The notes below the pieces were generated by a model. It saw nothing but the letters and a program-made list of their open reading frames with translations, made no database searches and was not told the origin of the DNA. DNA of 64,000 nt from an uncultured Gemmatimonadaceae bacterium (lineage in GTDB: Bacteria; Gemmatimonadota; Gemmatimonadetes; Gemmatimonadales; Gemmatimonadaceae): the NCBI GenBank assembly GCA_963829055.1, contig CAWHHI010000011.1, positions 128,001 through 192,000 of the forward strand, given 5' to 3'. Of this stretch, positions 6,900 to 17,489 are shown in pieces. Numbering within the stretch: position 1 is the stretch's first letter; the number at the start of each line of letters is the position of its first letter. Position numbers and translations under genes: made by a program.

Positions 6900-9800
6900 T
6901 TGGAAGCTGCCAGACACCCAGGCTCCATTATCGCCAGTCGCTATACGTTAGAGCGCGAGCTCGGACGTGGCGGGATGGCAACGGTGTACCTCGCCCGCGA
7001 CAGCCGACACGACTCGCTCGTCGCGATCAAGATTCTGCATCCCGAATTCGCACCGTTGTTCGGCGGCGAGCGGTTCGCGCGCGAGATCCGCATCACGGCC
7101 GGACTGCAACACCCGAACGTCGTGCCGGTGCTCGACTCGGGGGACGCCGACGGCCTGCCCTTCTACGCCATGCCATTCGTCGACGGCGAGTCGCTGGCGA
7201 CGCGGTTACAGCGAGAGCATCAGCTCCCGATCAACGACGCGCTCGGCATTGCGGCTGAGGTCGCCGATGCGCTCGCCTACGCGCACGATCGCGGCTTCGT
7301 GCACCGCGACATCAAACCGCAGAACATCCTGCTGTCGAACGGCCACGCCGTGCTCGCGGACTTCGGCATCGCGCGCGCCATGGACGTCGCCAGCGGCGAG
7401 AACATCACCGAGTCGGGTGTCGCACTCGGTACGGCAATGTACATGAGCCCCGAACAGGGTTCGGGCGGAAAGGTCGACGGACGGAGCGACATCTACGCAC
7501 TCGGCTGCGTGTTGTACGAGATGCTGGCCGGCTCGGCGCCGTTCACGGGACCGACGTTGCAGACGGTGCTGGCGCGACACGCCGTCGATCCAGTGCCGCC
7601 GATCCGCACCGTTAGGCAGACGGTCGGTCCGGCGCTGGAGGAGCTGCTCGCGAGAACGCTGGCCAAAGTTCCCGCGGACCGCTTCTCGACGGCCCACGAG
7701 CTCAGGACCGCGATTGCCGGAGCAACCGCCGAGCAGGCGACGCTGCCGACGACGGCCGCCAGACGTGCATCGCCAACGCGCACGAACCGGCGGACCGCGA
7801 TCATGGCGGCGGTCGGCCTGGCAGTCGCGGCGATAGGCGTCTTGTCCTGGCGAGCGATCAGACCCGGCGCTGATGCTCTGGACCAGAATCGCATCGCGGT
7901 CTTTCCGCTGAGCCTACCCGCCGGATACACCGGCACCCGATCGTTAGGCGAGGACATCGCGACAATGATCGGCCATGCACTCGACGGAACCGGTCCGCTG
8001 CGCGCGGTGGATGGCTGGCGTCTGCTCGAGTCGCAGCCCGCCGCAGAACGCGTCTCGCCGGCGAACACTGTGCTGCGCACGCTCGCGCGCGAGCGTGGCT
8101 GCGCGTTCTACCTCGCGGGTAGCTTCGTTCAGCCCCCCGGTGATTCGCTGCGAGTGGTGCTTCGGCTGGTGGACGTGGCGAACGATTCGCTTGTGAAGAA
8201 GACGGAGGCGGTCGGCATTGCGGCGGATCCGTGGCGCGTCGGCGTTCGCGCCCTCAATCAGGTGCTGCCCACTCTCATACCCGCTGGCGCTGAGCGTGAG
8301 CTGGTCGCCGGTTGGCTCGACCGCGATCCTCAGGTGATCGCGACCTTCCTCCTTGGCGAGGCGGCGTTCCGTCGCGCGCGTCCAGCGGAAGCACTCGCGC
8401 GTTACCGCGATGCGCTGCGTTCCGACTCTACGTTCACGCTCGCGGCCGTGCGGGGCGCGCAAGCAGCAACGTGGGACCATCGACCGAGTGAGGCCGCGTC
8501 GCTGATCCAGGCGGCACTCGCGCAGCCCATGACTCCGCGTTATGCACACTTCGCTCGCGGCTACGCGGCGTACCTCCAGGGCAACGCCGACTCGGCCACC
8601 GCCGAGTTCCACGAGGTGCTGAAGGTCGATCCCGACATGGCGACGGCGTGGATGCAGCTCGGCGAGACGTACACGCATCTGCTGCCCGTGTCGGGCGACC
8701 CGACGCTCGCGGCGGACAGCGCATTCGCCGAGGCCATGCGCCTCGACCCGTCGGCGTCGCACATGTTGTTTCATCCGATCGAGATTCGGCTGCGCCGCGG
8801 CCAGACGCCCGAGGCCGCGCCGCTCATTCGCCAGTTCCTCGCTGCGGACCCCGACTCGACGCTCGCCGAGCAGATCCGGGTCATGGATGCGTGCGTGTCG
8901 CGTGGCCCCGAAAGCGTGGATTGGGCGAAAGCGATTGCCACTCGCCCGATGGCGGTGTTGTTCGCCGCACAGTCGCTCGCGGTGGCCGGCGCCCAGTTGC
9001 CGTGCGCAGCCGCCGCGTACACGGCCATTCGCGTCCACGAGACACCGGCGATGGCCGCCGCGGACCCGGTCGTCGACACGCGGCGCTGGACTGCGCTCGT
9101 GGGGCTGCAGGGCGTCCTGCTGGCTGAAGGACTCGCGGAACAAGCGGGTCTTCACGTCGACTCGGCGGTCGCACGCGGCGAGGGTGGCCATTCGGTGATG
9201 CTCATCGACGGTGCACTGTCGCCGGCTTTCGAGGCGCGTGCCGCGCAGGCGATGCGGAAATACGAGGCGCAGTGGGGACCGCGCTGCGAGCGCTGCACGT
9301 CCAACGACCGACTCTGGCAGCTCGGCGTCTGGGCGGGGCAGCAGCGAGACACCGCGTCGCTGCGCGCGTTGTCTGCCGCACTCAAGACGCGCGCGGATTC
9401 CACCGGAGCGCGGGGGGTGGCGCTCATGGCGCAAGCCACCGCGGCGCGTGCAGCACTCGCGCGCGGGGAGCTCGCGCCCGCAACGACGGCGCTCGAGGCC
9501 GTGCTGGCAACGCCCGTCGCGAGCGGCGGGGAACTATTATGGCGCGACGCGGAGGGCCGCGGCCCAGAGCGGCTGGCACTGGCGCGTGGGCTCATGCGGC
9601 AACGGCAGTTCAGACGCGCGATCGACGTTGCCGACGTGTTCGATTCGCCGGCGACGCAGACCTACGTCGCCTATCTCCCGGCCAGCCTCGAGCTGCGAGC
9701 TGCGGCTGCGGACTCGCTGGGAGACGCCTCGATCGTACCTCGCTATCGCGCGCGGATCGCGTCGCTCCGGGCGCTGGCGTCGGAAGCACCTCGGCCATAG
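6900..9800 (+). CDS. Membrane Ser/Thr protein kinase with C-terminal TolB-like/TPR region
   Basis: GRGGMA, VAIK, HRDIKPQN, DFG, YMSPEQ; TM segment AIMAAVGLAVAAIGVLSW; TPR-like helices; TTG start at 6900 after GGAGG. Confidence 0.92.
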   Translation: MEAARHPGSIIASRYTLERELGRGGMATVYLARDSRHDSLVAIKILHPEFAPLFGGERFAREIRITAGLQHPNVVPVLDSGDADGLPFYAMPFVDGESLATRLQREHQLPINDALGIAAEVADALAYAHDRGFVHRDIKPQNILLSNGHAVLADFGIARAMDVASGENITESGVALGTAMYMSPEQGSGGKVDGRSDIYALGCVLYEMLAGSAPFTGPTLQTVLARHAVDPVPPIRTVRQTVGPALEELLARTLAKVPADRFSTAHELRTAIAGATAEQATLPTTAARRASPTRTNRRTAIMAAVGLAVAAIGVLSWRAIRPGADALDQNRIAVFPLSLPAGYTGTRSLGEDIATMIGHALDGTGPLRAVDGWRLLESQPAAERVSPANTVLRTLARERGCAFYLAGSFVQPPGDSLRVVLRLVDVANDSLVKKTEAVGIAADPWRVGVRALNQVLPTLIPAGAERELVAGWLDRDPQVIATFLLGEAAFRRARPAEALARYRDALRSDSTFTLAAVRGAQAATWDHRPSEAASLIQAALAQPMTPRYAHFARGYAAYLQGNADSATAEFHEVLKVDPDMATAWMQLGETYTHLLPVSGDPTLAADSAFAEAMRLDPSASHMLFHPIEIRLRRGQTPEAAPLIRQFLAADPDSTLAEQIRVMDACVSRGPESVDWAKAIATRPMAVLFAAQSLAVAGAQLPCAAAAYTAIRVHETPAMAAADPVVDTRRWTALVGLQGVLLAEGLAEQAGLHVDSAVARGEGGHSVMLIDGALSPAFEARAAQAMRKYEAQWGPRCERCTSNDRLWQLGVWAGQQRDTASLRALSAALKTRADSTGARGVALMAQATAARAALARGELAPATTALEAVLATPVASGGELLWRDAEGRGPERLALARGLMRQRQFRRAIDVADVFDSPATQTYVAYLPASLELRAAAADSLGDASIVPRYRARIASLRALASEAPRP

Positions 9801-9868
9801 GAATCGCAGTCAGTACAGGAGTTGGTGGGCAGTAGCGAATGCAGGTTTCCATTCCTCGTGAGGAACAC

Positions 9869-10162
9869 ATGATCGATCCACAACAGGACCCGTTAGGCAC
9901 TGCGGCAAGCACACGCGAAGGACCGTCCGCACCACCGGCCAAGGGCGGCGATGGCCGCGAAGGCCCGTCCGCGCCGCCGATCGGCGGCGGCGAGGGACGC
10001 GAGGGGCCGTCCGCACCGCCGCTCAAGGGCGGGGAGGGACGCGAAGGCCCGTCCGCACCACCACTCAAGGGCGGCGAGGGGCGCGAGGGCCCATCGGCCC
10101 CGCCCATCGGCGGTGGTGAAGGACGTGGCGGGCCGCCGTCGCCGCCGCCGCGCACCACCTAA
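9869..10162 (+). CDS. 97-aa Pro/Gly-rich peptide with tandem 14-aa repeats REGPSAPPxxGG[DE]G
   Basis: GAGG RBS; five 42-bp units (9914-10123) plus one degenerate unit; differences in the REGPSAPP core are synonymous. Confidence 0.75.
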   Translation: MIDPQQDPLGTAASTREGPSAPPAKGGDGREGPSAPPIGGGEGREGPSAPPLKGGEGREGPSAPPLKGGEGREGPSAPPIGGGEGRGGPPSPPPRTT

Positions 10163-10242
10163 CGCACGGATTCCCGGGTTGCTCGCGTCGCACCACGTGC
10201 GGCGACGCGAGCGCCCCTGCCACTCATCGACCACTCCGTCCC

Positions 10243-12333
10243 ATGACCACCGAATCGACTGCTGCGCCATCCGGTGCGAAGCGCGCCCTGCTCATCGGCG
10301 TGGACCAGTACCAGTCGCCGAAGATCCCGAAGCTCCAGGGGTGCGTGAACGACGCTGGTCTCATGCGGACCATCCTGCTCGAGCAGTTCGGCGTTCCAGA
10401 GGCAAACCTGACGCTGCTCACGGATGAGCGGGCCACGCGCGATGCGATTCTCGCCGCGTTCGACAAGCTCGTCGCCGACACGGGTGCCGACGACGTCGTG
10501 GTGTTCTACTACGCGGGTCATGGCTCGCAGATGACCGACCGCGAGGGTGACGAGGCGAGTGGGCTCGACAACACGATCATGCCGGTCGATAGTGAAGGCT
10601 GGTCGGGGATCAACCGCGACATCACCGACGACGAGATCCATCTCCGTCTCGTCGCGTTAGGTAAGAAGACGTCGTACATCACGCTCATCGTGGACGCGTG
10701 CCACTCGGCCACCATCACGCGTGATGCCTTCGGTGTGATGTCCCGCGGGGTGCAGGCGGACACGCGTCCCGTGTCGGAGCTGCCACCGTCGCCCATACCG
10801 CAGGCGGCCACGCGCTCGGCGTCCGGCGTGCGGAGCGAGAGTGGTCCGAGCGGCTGGATGCCACTCGCCGATCAGTACGTGCTGATCGCCGGCTGCCGCG
10901 ATGAGGAGACGTCGTTCGAGTATCGTCCACCCGAAGGAGACGGAAAGCTCGTACACGGCGCGCTCACGTACTTCCTGTCGCAGGAGCTCGGCCGCGCCAC
11001 GCCCGGCACGAGCTACCGCGACGTGTTCGAACGCGCGGCAGCTCGCGTCACCGCGAACAACGCCAGGCAGCATCCGCAGATGGAAGGGCGCGTCGATCGC
11101 GCACTGTTCGGCGTCGCCGATCTGCAGCCGATGCATTTTACGCGCGTGGTCTCACGAACCGGCGACACGGTGACGCTGGCCGCCGGCGCCGCCCAGGGGA
11201 TGACGGTGGGATCCGTGTGGGCGGTGTACCCGCAGGGCACCAAGCACACCGAAGGCGCCTCCGAGCTCGGGACGGTCGAGATCACCCAGGTGGGCGGCGT
11301 GAGAGCCAGCGCGCGCGTGACCTCGGAAACGACCCCGAATGCGATCGCGAGCGACACACGCGCGGTGGAGCGCGTGCACGCCTACGGCACGATGCGCATG
11401 CGGGTGCAGCTCGCGCCTAACGTGGCTGCCGCTGAAGCGCGCGGTGTGGCGCAGGCCAGGTCGCTGCGTGAAGCGCTGGCCGAATCGCGCCTCATCGAGG
11501 TCGTGGGCGCCGACGATGCCACCGCCGCCGCACGCATTTATCTCGTCGAGCCGCGCGCGGCCGCTGGGCCTGACGATCCGGTTCCACAGCTCGGCCCCGT
11601 CAGCGTTGCCGTGTGGGCCGTGGTCACGACGGACGGCCAGCTGCAGATGCCGCCCAAGCCGCTCGACGCGTTCGCGGAGGTGGGTGAGAATCTCGAGACG
11701 CTCGCCCGGTGCCGGCAGGCGCTCGACCTCGAGAACCCGAGCCCGACGAGCACACTCCGCGGCAAGTTCGAGCTCGAGCTGCTGCGTCGCGGTGCCGACG
11801 GCAAGTGGGTGGTCGCGCAGCCCGAAGTCGCCGGTGGTCTGCCGGTGTTCACTGACGGCGACGACATCGCGTTCGAGATCAAGAGCCGGCACGACGTCAA
11901 CGCGTTCGTGAGCCTCCTCGATTTCAGTCCGACTGGCGCCATCTCCCTCGTCTTCCCGGCGCCTAACGCCACCGATCAGATCACGCCCACGGTACGGTTC
12001 CAGATCGGGACGCGCGGTGGTGACGACGACTTCGCGGTGTCGTTCCCGTCGGGCTACCCTTATTCGGGTGGTTCGACGACTGCCCCGACGGACGCGCTCG
12101 AGACAGTAAAGCTGTTCGTGACGACGGCGCAGGCGGACTTCAAGTTCCTCGAGCAGCGCGGCGTCCGTGGCGTCGGCCAGTCTCCTGGTGGCGCGCTGCA
12201 ACTGCTGTGGGAGACGGCGGCCGGCATGGGGTCAATGCGCGACATCGGGCGTAAATCGGTGCCCGTGGACACCGAGGACTGGACGACGGTCGTGAAGCCG
12301 TTCACAGTGCGCCGCAAGCCGGCCGGCGCCTAA
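10243..12333 (+). CDS. Caspase-family (C14, metacaspase/orthocaspase-like) protease with C-terminal DUF4384-like domain
   Basis: KRALLIGVDQY, LQGCVNDA, YAGHG (catalytic His), DACHS (catalytic Cys), HGALT, QHPQ; beta-rich C-terminal domain (GDDIAFEI..SLVFP..ETVKLF). Confidence 0.9.
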   Translation: MTTESTAAPSGAKRALLIGVDQYQSPKIPKLQGCVNDAGLMRTILLEQFGVPEANLTLLTDERATRDAILAAFDKLVADTGADDVVVFYYAGHGSQMTDREGDEASGLDNTIMPVDSEGWSGINRDITDDEIHLRLVALGKKTSYITLIVDACHSATITRDAFGVMSRGVQADTRPVSELPPSPIPQAATRSASGVRSESGPSGWMPLADQYVLIAGCRDEETSFEYRPPEGDGKLVHGALTYFLSQELGRATPGTSYRDVFERAAARVTANNARQHPQMEGRVDRALFGVADLQPMHFTRVVSRTGDTVTLAAGAAQGMTVGSVWAVYPQGTKHTEGASELGTVEITQVGGVRASARVTSETTPNAIASDTRAVERVHAYGTMRMRVQLAPNVAAAEARGVAQARSLREALAESRLIEVVGADDATAAARIYLVEPRAAAGPDDPVPQLGPVSVAVWAVVTTDGQLQMPPKPLDAFAEVGENLETLARCRQALDLENPSPTSTLRGKFELELLRRGADGKWVVAQPEVAGGLPVFTDGDDIAFEIKSRHDVNAFVSLLDFSPTGAISLVFPAPNATDQITPTVRFQIGTRGGDDDFAVSFPSGYPYSGGSTTAPTDALETVKLFVTTAQADFKFLEQRGVRGVGQSPGGALQLLWETAAGMGSMRDIGRKSVPVDTEDWTTVVKPFTVRRKPAGA

Positions 12334-12371
12334 CGACGGTCTCGCGTCGTCCCGAGGAGCGCCAGCGGGCT

Positions 12372-12490
12372 GTCATCCCGAGCGTCAGCGAGGGACCTTC
12401 TGTGAATGTAATCGTGGCCAGATCCGGCCACGATGACCTTACGAGAAGGTCCCTCGCTGCGCTCGGGTGCCGCTGGCTCCTCGGGATGAC
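12372..12490. repeat. REP/REPIN-like element, family B (GTCATCCCGAG...AGGGACCTT...AAGGTCCCT...CTCGGGATGAC)
   Basis: Nested inverted repeats between convergent genes; homologs at 21597-21717 and about 56785-56895. Confidence 0.8.
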
Positions 12491-12498
12491 GATGACAA

Positions 12499-15400
12499 TC
12501 AGCGCGTGCACCGTTGCGGGGGTCGTGACCCCGCCGGAGCGTCGACGATCCAGCGGTCGATCGATTCCTTCGAGTACGCGACCGCGCAGGCGCGCGCCAG
12601 CCACGCTTCCGGGTCCGTCAGGATGCGTACGATCTGTCCCGCTGCGTTCACCGCCAGCAACGCGCGACCGCTGTCGCCGAACGTGAGCCCCACCGCCTGA
12701 CCCTGCCCCGTTTCGATCTCCCCGATGATGTCGCCGCGCGCCACATCGCCGAGCGTCACCACGCCGTCCGTGTCGATCGCAAACAGGCGCCCATCGGGCG
12801 AGAGCGCGAACACATCGGGAGGCGGCCCCGATTTCCAGCGAAAGCGTGACGTCGGCTCGTGCCTGCCGCGCGTCCAGAACTGCACCATGAGGCCGTCGAG
12901 CGCCGCGACCACACTACCGTCCGCGCTCGTGCCCAACCCGGCGTACACTCCGATACCACTCAGTGAATCACGGACCCGCCTGGTCGCGAGATCCCACACC
13001 AGAATCGAAAACTGCGGTCCCTGCGTGACGAGCAGGTCTCCGCGCGGACTGAATTCCACCGGCGCGGGAAGGTTCGAATCCCAGAACTTGGGGCCGTTGT
13101 CGATGCCCGCGCGGAGAGTGTCCGCGGTCCTCGCGGCGAGATCCGCTACCACGACGGTGCGCGTACCCGGCAACGCGTACGCGACGCGTGCGGTCGATGC
13201 ATCCACCGCCACGGCAGCGTCCTTCGGGCTACCGACCAGCCGGTCCGGTGCGTCGCCGGCACCCTGAAACACGTACGCCGGCCCGCCGTCGCCATCGCTC
13301 GAGCCAGCGACGAGGAGACCGCCCGATGCACCGATGTACACATCCTGGCCGACGATGCGCCGGCGCGCCGCGCGGTCGTAGACGGCGCCGCGAACAGCGG
13401 GCGACGCGGTGATATCCCACACCGCGAGCTCGCCCCCAAACCCCCGTTGCGTCACCGCGAGCCTTCCATCCTTCGTTAGGCTCGTCACTTTCGTGGCCGT
13501 GTCGATGGGTAGCGCCGAGCGACGTATCAGTGCGCTATCGGCAAGATCCCAGACGTGAACGGTGCCCTCCAACGTGAGCGTCGCGATGCGGCCGCGCGTT
13601 CCGCTCACCACCAACACGTCGGGGATGTCGCCCGCCCCGTGCAGCGTGAGCGATGGCGCTCCCGGGTCCAGAGGCTGACTCGCGTCCAGGGGGCGCTCGA
13701 ACACGCGAACCTCGCCGTTCGGCGCAGCCGCCACCAGCGCCGCGTCGCGCTCCGTGAACGCCACGTCGCTGAACGTGACGCCAGTCATGAGACGTGCAGG
13801 CCGGTTCGACCGCAGCGGCCATAACGCGAGCGTATCTCCGGACGTCATGCGACCCGAGATGACCAGCGTGGAATTGTCGCGACTCACGGCGACGCCGGGT
13901 GGGAGAAAGCGAGAGCCGCCGCGCACGGTCCGCACCAGTTTCCCCGTCGCGACGTCCCAGACGCTGGTGCGCCCATTGTCCGCCATCGTGACCACGAGCG
14001 AGCCGTCCGTGCTGAACGCCGCTGGGAACGGCGGACTCGTGTGCCCGACGAGACGACTGCGCGAGCGCCCTGTCTCGAGGTCGAACAAGACCACGTCGTT
14101 GCCCTCGCCAACGGCAACCACGTGGCGCCCGTCGGCCGTTGGCGGTCCCACCCGCCAGGCGAGCGATTCCGGCCAGCTGGTGCCTGCCACGGGTGTCTCG
14201 CCTAACGACAGCGACAGCGAGTCGGACACCGCGGCCGCAATCGCCGCGGCCTTCGTCTTCTTCGCCTCGCGCAGCTCGGCTTCGCTCCACCGGCGCACCG
14301 GGACCTCACCCAGCTTTCGCCCCGTGGCCGCGTCCCACACGCGGAGCGTCGCGACGTCCGACGTCGAGTCACCCGAGACCGAGCTATACGTCATTCCGCT
14401 CGCGTCGAGAGTGACGGCGTTGCGATTCACCTCGGCCGGAAACGCCGTCTGCCGCGTTTCTACTCCGGTCGCGACGTCCATCGTGTAGATGCCATCGGGC
14501 CCCACGAGGAGCGCCCGCTCGCCATCGGGAGCAAACACCAGCTTCGTTCCGCCAGTGGAGGTCACGCGTACCAGCGTTGGGTCGCGCGCGAGCTGCGTGA
14601 ACAGCGCGCGCCGCGCCTCGAACGTCGGCGACTGCTGGTACGACGCGACGGCGTAGAGGAAGCCCAGGTCGCGTTGTTCCGGATCTGCTGACGATGCCCG
14701 CGCGCCCCACTCGCGCGACGTGCTGTCGGCGAGCCGAGCCTGCGATTGCCGATACAGAATCCAGCTGCCGACGCCGAACGCCGCGATGAGCGCGGCCGCG
14801 GCGATCGCACCGCGAACGACCCACGCGCGACGACGTCGTGCCCGATCGCGTTCGACGCGACTCGCCGCGACGAGCGCCCGCTCCTCGTCGTTCCACGCAC
14901 GCATCCCGCTCTCGCCAGTCTCGACCACGGCCAGGTCCGCCGCATCGAGTGGAATCCCGACGTGGCCATCTTTCCACTCGGCCGACCGCCCATCGAGCAC
15001 GCGCTTCGCCCTCGGCCCTGGCAGATCGGAGCGATCGAAGCGGTCGCGGACGATTGGCGCGAGTGTATCGTGGGCGAGGCGCGCCGTCGGATCCGCGAGC
15101 GGTGCACCGGTATCGTCGGTGTCGCGCACGACCAGGAGAAACAGTCGCGCGCACATCGCGCGAAGCCCGGGCGCCGTCTCGTTCGCGTGCGGATAGCGCT
15201 TGCTCTCTTCGCTGGCCGAGTGCTCGTCGGACGTCGCCTTGGGCGTCGTATAGAAGCGGAGGAATTCGAGCGCGAGACCGGAATCGACCGCCGCGGCATT
15301 CCAGGTGCGGAGCGCCTCCAACTGCTGCGTCACGAAGCCGTCGAGCTGCTTCGCTTTCGCGCGCACCGTTTCGTACAGCGCGGCGTCGAAGCGGACGACG

Positions 15401-17143
15401 TTCGCGGGACTGCCCTTCCGAGGCGCATCGGCCCACAGCTCCGCGAGCAGGATCTGCAGCAGCGGCGCGACGTGCGACGCGCGATTCGCGAGCAGATCGT
15501 CGGCGATCACGACGTCGAGCCCAGCCTCGAGCTCGAGACGCGTTGGCATTCGTCGCGCGGGAACGCGCGTTGGTCCGGTGATCGCCTCCAGCACGCCGCC
15601 GCGTGTGAGCTGCTCCAGGCGATGCTCGGTGCGAGCAACGCGGTGCGCCTCGAGCGCGCCCTTCACTTCCGACAGCCACTCCTTCCGGAATCCGAGTACG
15701 AGTCGCCCACGTGGGCGCGTCGCAGGCGTCGCGAAGAGATTCGCGATGGCGGCGGCGAACGCGTCGAGCTCACGCGCGCCGCTGCCTGCCGCGACGCGTC
15801 CCGCATCCTCGCTCGTGTACGCCTCCTCGAGCTGGTCGACGACGACGAACAGCGGTCGCCCACACTGCGCCTCGACGGCCCGCCACCGCTCGGCCACGGC
15901 CTCCGCGTCCGTCGCACGAGTGGCCTCGACGCCGAGCGTCGTGGCGAGTGTGCCGAGCAACCCGAGCGCGCGGTCGCGAGGCGCGTAGCGGACTTCGTGA
16001 GTACTCGTTAGGCGCGGCAGCAGCCCGGCGTCGAGCAGCGACGACTTGCCGACACCGGTCGCGCCGTACAGCAGCACCACTGACTCGGACGCCGCGCTCG
16101 TGACCTTGTCGTACAGCTCGCGAATGTCCTTGCCGCGTCCGAAGAACAGCTCCGCGTGCTTGCGGCTGAACGGACGCAGGTGTCTGAACGGCTCGGTGAG
16201 CGGCTCGTCGGTTTCCGGTAGCGTCGGCAGGCCGAACAGCGGATTTCCCGCAGCTTCGGGGAGCGCCCATGGACCGACCGTCTCCTCCGCGCCGCGCCGG
16301 AAGTAGAGGTCCCATGGCCAGCGTCCGTCGTCGGTCGTGACCGCGCTCTTCCGGCCAATGTCGCGGCTGCCTGACGATTCCGGCGCTGGTTGCACCACCT
16401 GCGACGCTGCGTCCGCGGAGGCGTGCATCGAGTCCGCCGTCGAGCCGCGGGCTGACCGCTCCGTGCTTGAAGCGAACGCCTGACGCGGCCTCGTCGTACG
16501 CGCGCTTGATGCCCGCCCCGCTTCCGAGTCCCTGATACAGCAGCACCGCGAACTGATGCGCGATCGCATCCTCGACGCTCCGCGACGTCGCCACCACGGC
16601 ACCAACGCCGGCGTCGCGGAGCGCGTCGACGTGCGCCTGTGTTGCGCACGCGTTGAGCACGACGAGCTGCAGCCCACGCTGACAGCCGAGGAACGCGGCG
16701 AGACCACTGGCATCGGCGACGGCCGTGGTGCCATCGGCGGTTTCGAACAACAACCCTTCTGGCCCGGCATGTCCCGCGAAGTGCAGAACGCCGATCCGGT
16801 CGCGATACGCGTCGTTCTGAAAGACGCGCATCACCTGCTCCGGCGTCGCATCCGGCAGCGTAACGACCTCGCAGATGCCGCCGCTCTGTGCCTCGCCGAG
16901 CGCCGCGACGATGTCGTTGAGCTCGAGGCTCAAGCTCCGGAGATGCCGCGCCCCCACAGCCTCGTTCGCGGTCGCGACGAGAATGACGGGCGCTCGACGC
17001 TCTACCGGTGCTGCGGTGGACGTCGACGCGTCGAGTGTCGGAGACGCGGGAGCGACGGTGTCTATGGGTTCCTTACGCTGGGAGCGGACAGGATACGTTA
17101 GCGCGGGCTGCTGCGTGCCGGAAGCGTCCGCCACTCCAGGCAC
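12499..17143 (-). CDS. CHAT protease - nSTAND-type NTPase - TM - WD40 beta-propeller protein (NLR-like); frameshift near 16450
   Basis: N-terminal frame has HFAGH and LNAC (CHAT dyad). Main frame has PFRHLRPF..FFGR, Walker A GATGVGKSS, Walker B VVDQLEE, PLLQ, a TM helix and many WD repeats. Start is uncertain. Confidence 0.85.
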
Positions 17144-17166
17144 TCATACCGATCTGATTTCTGGAA

Positions 17167-17474
17167 CAGCAGGACAGGACGGCCAGGATGGGCTGGATGA
17201 CGGCAACTGCAACTACAACTACATGACAGGATTGGCAGGATGGACAGGATTGAACAGAGGCTCCGTGTCGCGCCCAACGCCCCTCCCGCAACGAGCCCAG
17301 TATGAGGGGAACGGCCGCTCGGGACGCCACTCGCCCTGAGATGTGTTCCTTCATTCGTTAGGCCCCGGCGACACGCGCCCCGACGCCGAGGCGGTCATCT
17401 TCTCAATCCTGCCAATCCTGGCCATCCTGTCTTGCGGTTGCCGTTCCGCGGTTGCCGTTCCTGTCAATCCTGTC
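17167..17474. repeat. CAGGAT-type repeat family C (CAGGATTGGCAGGAT / ATCCTGCCAATCCTG)
   Basis: Left-arm units at 17167-17250, complementary units at 17405-17474; same family at 21748-21836 and 56947-57037. Confidence 0.7.
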
Positions 17475-17489
17475 ACCGCTGCAGTTGTC

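Noticed and set aside
9914..10159. 42-bp tandem repeats as a CRISPR array
   Set aside because: No unique spacers, variation follows codon positions, and there are no cas genes
2937..10162. Graspetide RiPP pair (ATP-grasp plus Ser/Lys/Glu repeat peptide)
   Set aside because: The ATP-grasp gene is about 6 kb away in a coupled sulfur operon on the other strand, and the peptide lacks known graspetide leader or core motifs
16440..16470. Programmed frameshift between the CHAT and STAND parts
   Set aside because: No slippery heptamer is seen, and similar indels occur in many ordinary genes in the window
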